Positions 61,901-64,000 of a DNA stretch of 64,000 nucleotides are shown here, piece after piece (positions within the stretch are counted from its first letter, which is position 1; every line of letters starts with the position of its first letter). The stretch is taken from positions 3,162,001-3,226,000 of the forward strand of contig OZ024741.1 in assembly GCA_964016885.1 (NCBI GenBank), in the 5' to 3' direction. A program made the position numbers and the translations under genes. The notes under the pieces are model-generated. The model saw nothing but the letters and a program-made list of their open reading frames with translations. It made no database searches and was not told where the DNA came from. The DNA comes from Eledone cirrhosa. Its lineage: Eukaryota.

Positions 61901-64000
61901 CTTGGTATAGTCTTAGTAGATAGACTTAGTGTAGTCTTAGAAGACAGACTTGGTGTAGTCTTAGTAGGTAGCCTTGGTGTGGTCTTAGAAGGTACACTTG
62001 GTGTAGTATTAGTAGACAGACTGGGTGTAGTCTTAGTAGTTAGACTTGGTGTAGTCTTAGTAGACAGACTTGGTGTAGTCTTAGTAGGTAGACTTGGTGT
62101 AGTCTTAGTAGACACACTTGGTGTGGTCTTAGTAGGTAGACTTGGTGTAGTCTTAGAAGGTAGACTTGGTGTAGTCTTAGAAGGTAGACGTGTTGTAGTC
62201 TTACTAGGTAGAAATTTTGTAGTCTTAGAAGGTAGACTTGGTGTAGTCTTCGAAGGTAGACTTGGTGTAGTCTTAGTAGAAAGACTTGGTGTAGTCTTAG
62301 TATATAGACTTGGTGTAGTCTTAGTAGGTAGTTTTGTTGTAGACTTAGAAGGTAGACTTGGTGTAGTGTTAGTAGACAGACTTGGTGTAGTCTTAGTAGA
62401 CAGACTTGGTGTAGTCTTAGAAGGTACACTTCATGTAGTCTTAGAAGGTAGACTTGGTGTAGTCTTAGTAGACAGACTTGGTGTAGTGTTAGAAGTCAGA
62501 TTTGGTGTAGTCTTAGAAGGTAGACTTGGTTTTGTCTTAGAAGACAGTTTTGGTGTAGTCTTAGAAGGTAGACTTGGTGTAGTCTTAGTAGACAGAATGG
62601 TGTAGTCTTAGTAGACAGACTTGGTTTAGTCTTACAAGGTAGACTTGGTGTAATCTTAGTAGGTAGACTTGGTGGAGTCTTAGTAGACAGACTTGGTGTA
62701 GTTTTAGTAGGTAGACTTGGTGTAGTCTTAGTCGACAGAGTTGGTGTACTCTTAGTAGGTAGACTTGTTGTAGTCTTACTAGATAGAATTGGTGTAGTCT
62801 TAGTAGGTAGATTGATGTAGTCTTAATAGGTAGACTTGGTGTAGTCTTAGTAGGCAGACTTGGTGTGGTCTTAGTAGACAGCTTTGGTGTAGTCTTAGTA
62901 GGTAGACTGGGTGTAGTCTTAGAAGGTAGACTTCATGTAGTCTTAGAAGGTAGACTTGGTGTACTCTTAGTAGACAGACTTGGTGTAGTCATAGTAGACA
63001 GACTTGGTGTAGTCTTAGAAAGTAAACTTGGTGTAGTCTTAGTAGACAGACTTGGTGTAGTCTTAGTATATAGACTTGGTGTAGTCTTAGTAGGTAGTTT
63101 TGTTGTAGACTTAGAAGGTAGACTTGGTGTAGTGTTAGTAGACAGACTTGGTGTAGTCTTAGTAGACAGACTTGGTGTAGTCTTAGTAGGGAGACTTAGT
63201 GTAGTCTTACAAGGTAGACTTGGTGTAGTGTTAGAAGGTAGACTTGGTGTAGTCTTAGTAGACAGACTTGGTGTAGTCTTAGTAAGTAGACTTGGTGTAG
63301 TCTTAGAAGGTAGACTTTGTGTAGTCTTAGTAGGCAGACTTAGTGTAGTCTTAGTAGACAGCTTTGGTGTAGTCTTAGTAGGTAGACTGTGTGTAGTCTT
63401 AGAAGGTAGACTTCATGTAGTCTTAGAAGGTAGACTTGGTGTAGTCTTAGTAGACAGACTTGGTGTAGTCATAGTAGACAGACTTGGTGTACTCTTAGAA
63501 AGTAAACTTGGTGTAGTCTTAGAAGGTAGACGTGGTGTAGTCTTAGTAGTCACACTTGGTGTATTGTTAGTAGGTGGACTTGGTGTAGTCTTAGTAGACA
63601 GACTTGGTGTAGTCTTAGTAGGTAGACTTGGTGTAGTCTTACAAGTTAGATTTGGTGTAGTCTTAATAGGTAGTCTTGATGTAGTCTTAGTAGGTAGACT
63701 TGGTGTACTCTTAGTAGAGAGACTTGGTGTAGTCTTAGTAGGTAGACTTGGGGTAGTCTTAGTAGACAGACTTGGTGTAGTCTTAGTAGACAGACTTGGT
63801 GTAGTCTTAGTAAGTAGACTTGGTGTAGTCTTAGCAGGTAGACTTGGTGAAGTCTTAGAAGGTAGACTTGGTATAGTCTTAGAAGGTAGACTTGGTGTAG
63901 TCTTAGTAGACAGACTGTGTGCAGTCTTAGTAGGTAGACTTGGTGTAGTCTTAGTAGACAGATTGGTGTAGTCTTAGTAGGTAGACTTGATGTAGTCTTA
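22921..64000. repeat. 24-bp satellite array, consensus AGACTTGGTGTAGTCTTAG(A/T)AG(GT/AC), >41 kb (about 1700 monomers), runs off the window
   Basis: Continuous tandem 24-mers in one orientation, with point variants, occasional 23-, 16- and 25-nt monomers and kb-scale duplications. No interrupting elements were seen. Confidence 0.97.

Noticed and set aside
23239-63971. Dozens of ORFs (TTPSLPSK, RLGVVLEG, LRLHQVYL repeats) as separate genes
   Set aside because: They follow automatically from a monomer that is stop-free in three frames. They switch frame at indels and have no unique domains.
22921-64000. CRISPR array
   Set aside because: The 24-bp units are directly adjacent with no unique spacers, there are no cas genes, and the context is eukaryotic.
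22921-64000. Telomerase-made long telomeric repeat (the unit has CTTGGTGT, reminiscent of Candida-type 23-25-nt telomere repeats, and TTAG-AGG)
   Set aside because: Heterogeneous monomers copied in kb-scale blocks indicate recombinational satellite evolution, not templated synthesis. The flanks are animal-type DNA, so the resemblance is probably coincidental.

Overview
This is AT-rich, microsatellite-dense animal genomic DNA with no credible host protein-coding gene. The SINE types and repeat landscape suggest a mollusc, probably an octopus or other cephalopod (inference). Positions 1-22.9 kb are nested retroelements, each family tied to a particular microsatellite. Tx1/L1-clade LINEs (one near-full-length two-ORF copy, one young 5'-truncated copy, one degenerate copy and three short 3' ends) are stacked head-to-tail at (GATA)n. 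R4/Dong-type restriction-endonuclease LINEs sit in (CATA)n/(CAGA)n. RTE-derived non-autonomous elements end in (TATG)n. Asymmetric fold-back elements sit in (TA)n and carry hammerhead-ribozyme halves, which suggests a Penelope-like origin. A well-paired type I hammerhead ribozyme candidate lies at 2622-2701. From 22,921 to the window end is a 41-kb array of a 24-bp satellite with kb-scale higher-order duplications. Its many ORFs (TTPSLPSK, RLGVVLEG, LRLHQVYL) are most likely artefacts of a monomer that has no stop codon in three frames.
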